Made by a program: the position numbers and the translations under genes. The notes beneath the pieces are model-generated. The model saw nothing but the letters and a program-made list of their open reading frames with translations, ran no database searches and had not been told where the DNA came from. A DNA stretch of 64,000 bases from Isurus oxyrinchus (taxonomy: Eukaryota), in NCBI GenBank assembly GCA_026770705.1, contig JANJGN010000152.1, forward strand, positions 744,001 through 808,000. Reading direction: 5' to 3'. This document shows, in pieces, positions 63,371-64,000 of this stretch. Within the stretch, counting starts at the first letter, position 1, and each line of letters opens with the position of its first letter.

Positions 63371-64000
63371 GTTTGCAGAGAGCTTGCGGTGGATATGACT
63401 AGAATCGGCTGAAGCTGAAATTATTTTCGCCAAGAATTGGTGAGAAGTTGAGTGACATCCGCATCGCTGCTGATTGGATCATTGCTGACAGCGTCATCAG
63501 GTTATATCCATTCAGCTGAAAACGCCTTTGTTTTCAATTCAATCAATTAGCTCACAGCTCCTTTGATCTCCGATTCATACAACAGGGAATGAGGCAGGGT
63601 TTATACCCAATGTTGGCCCTATAACGATTCAATCAGTCAGGCGGAGGAAGAGAAGGAAAGCAGTGAATGCTGTTCTACTTTCAGAACCGGAGCCCCAATT
63701 GCTGCTGTCTGACTATGAAGACTCCCCATAGATGATACACGCGGCCACTGGCTCCTGAGGAATTTGAATACAACAAAGCGGCAAATAGAAAAATACCACA
63801 TTTGAAATGAATTCAACGATGGAAGAGGAGTGATTGACTGTTTGACGGATCCAGGGTGTACGAACACCTCATGCGCTCAGTAGTCATGGCTGAATTGATC
63901 ATTAGAAATATTTACAGCTTGCCTATTTTAGCAATTACCATGTTTGCAGAAATTCATTAGTTAACTAGGGCAACCATTGGATTCCACTGGAAATTATTGC

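Overview
Vertebrate genomic DNA, very likely from a cartilaginous fish (shark-type CR1, Deu-SINE and Penelope repeats; GPR139-like expansion). The window is part of a T-cell-receptor alpha/delta-type V-gene array. I find about 18 V loci with a split leader exon and, where the 3' end survives, a 23-bp-spacer RSS, in both orientations; no D, J or C segments are present. Two V genes are fully canonical (32256-33296, absent from the ORF track, and 37433-37973). One is open with an intact RSS but lacks Cys23 and Trp41 (15485-15986). The rest are pseudogenes or fragments. Interspersed are an intact two-exon GPR139-like GPCR (minus strand, 341 aa), whose C-terminus was replaced by a solo LTR, and an inverted pseudogenised paralog. 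The window also holds an intron-containing tRNA-Arg(TCT) pseudogene, Penelope-like retroelements with minimal hammerhead ribozyme motifs, LINE/SINE fragments, CTCF and CRE motifs, minisatellites, local duplications and two N gaps. Most short ORFs in the track are spurious. Coordinates were read by eye and repeat boundaries are approximate.
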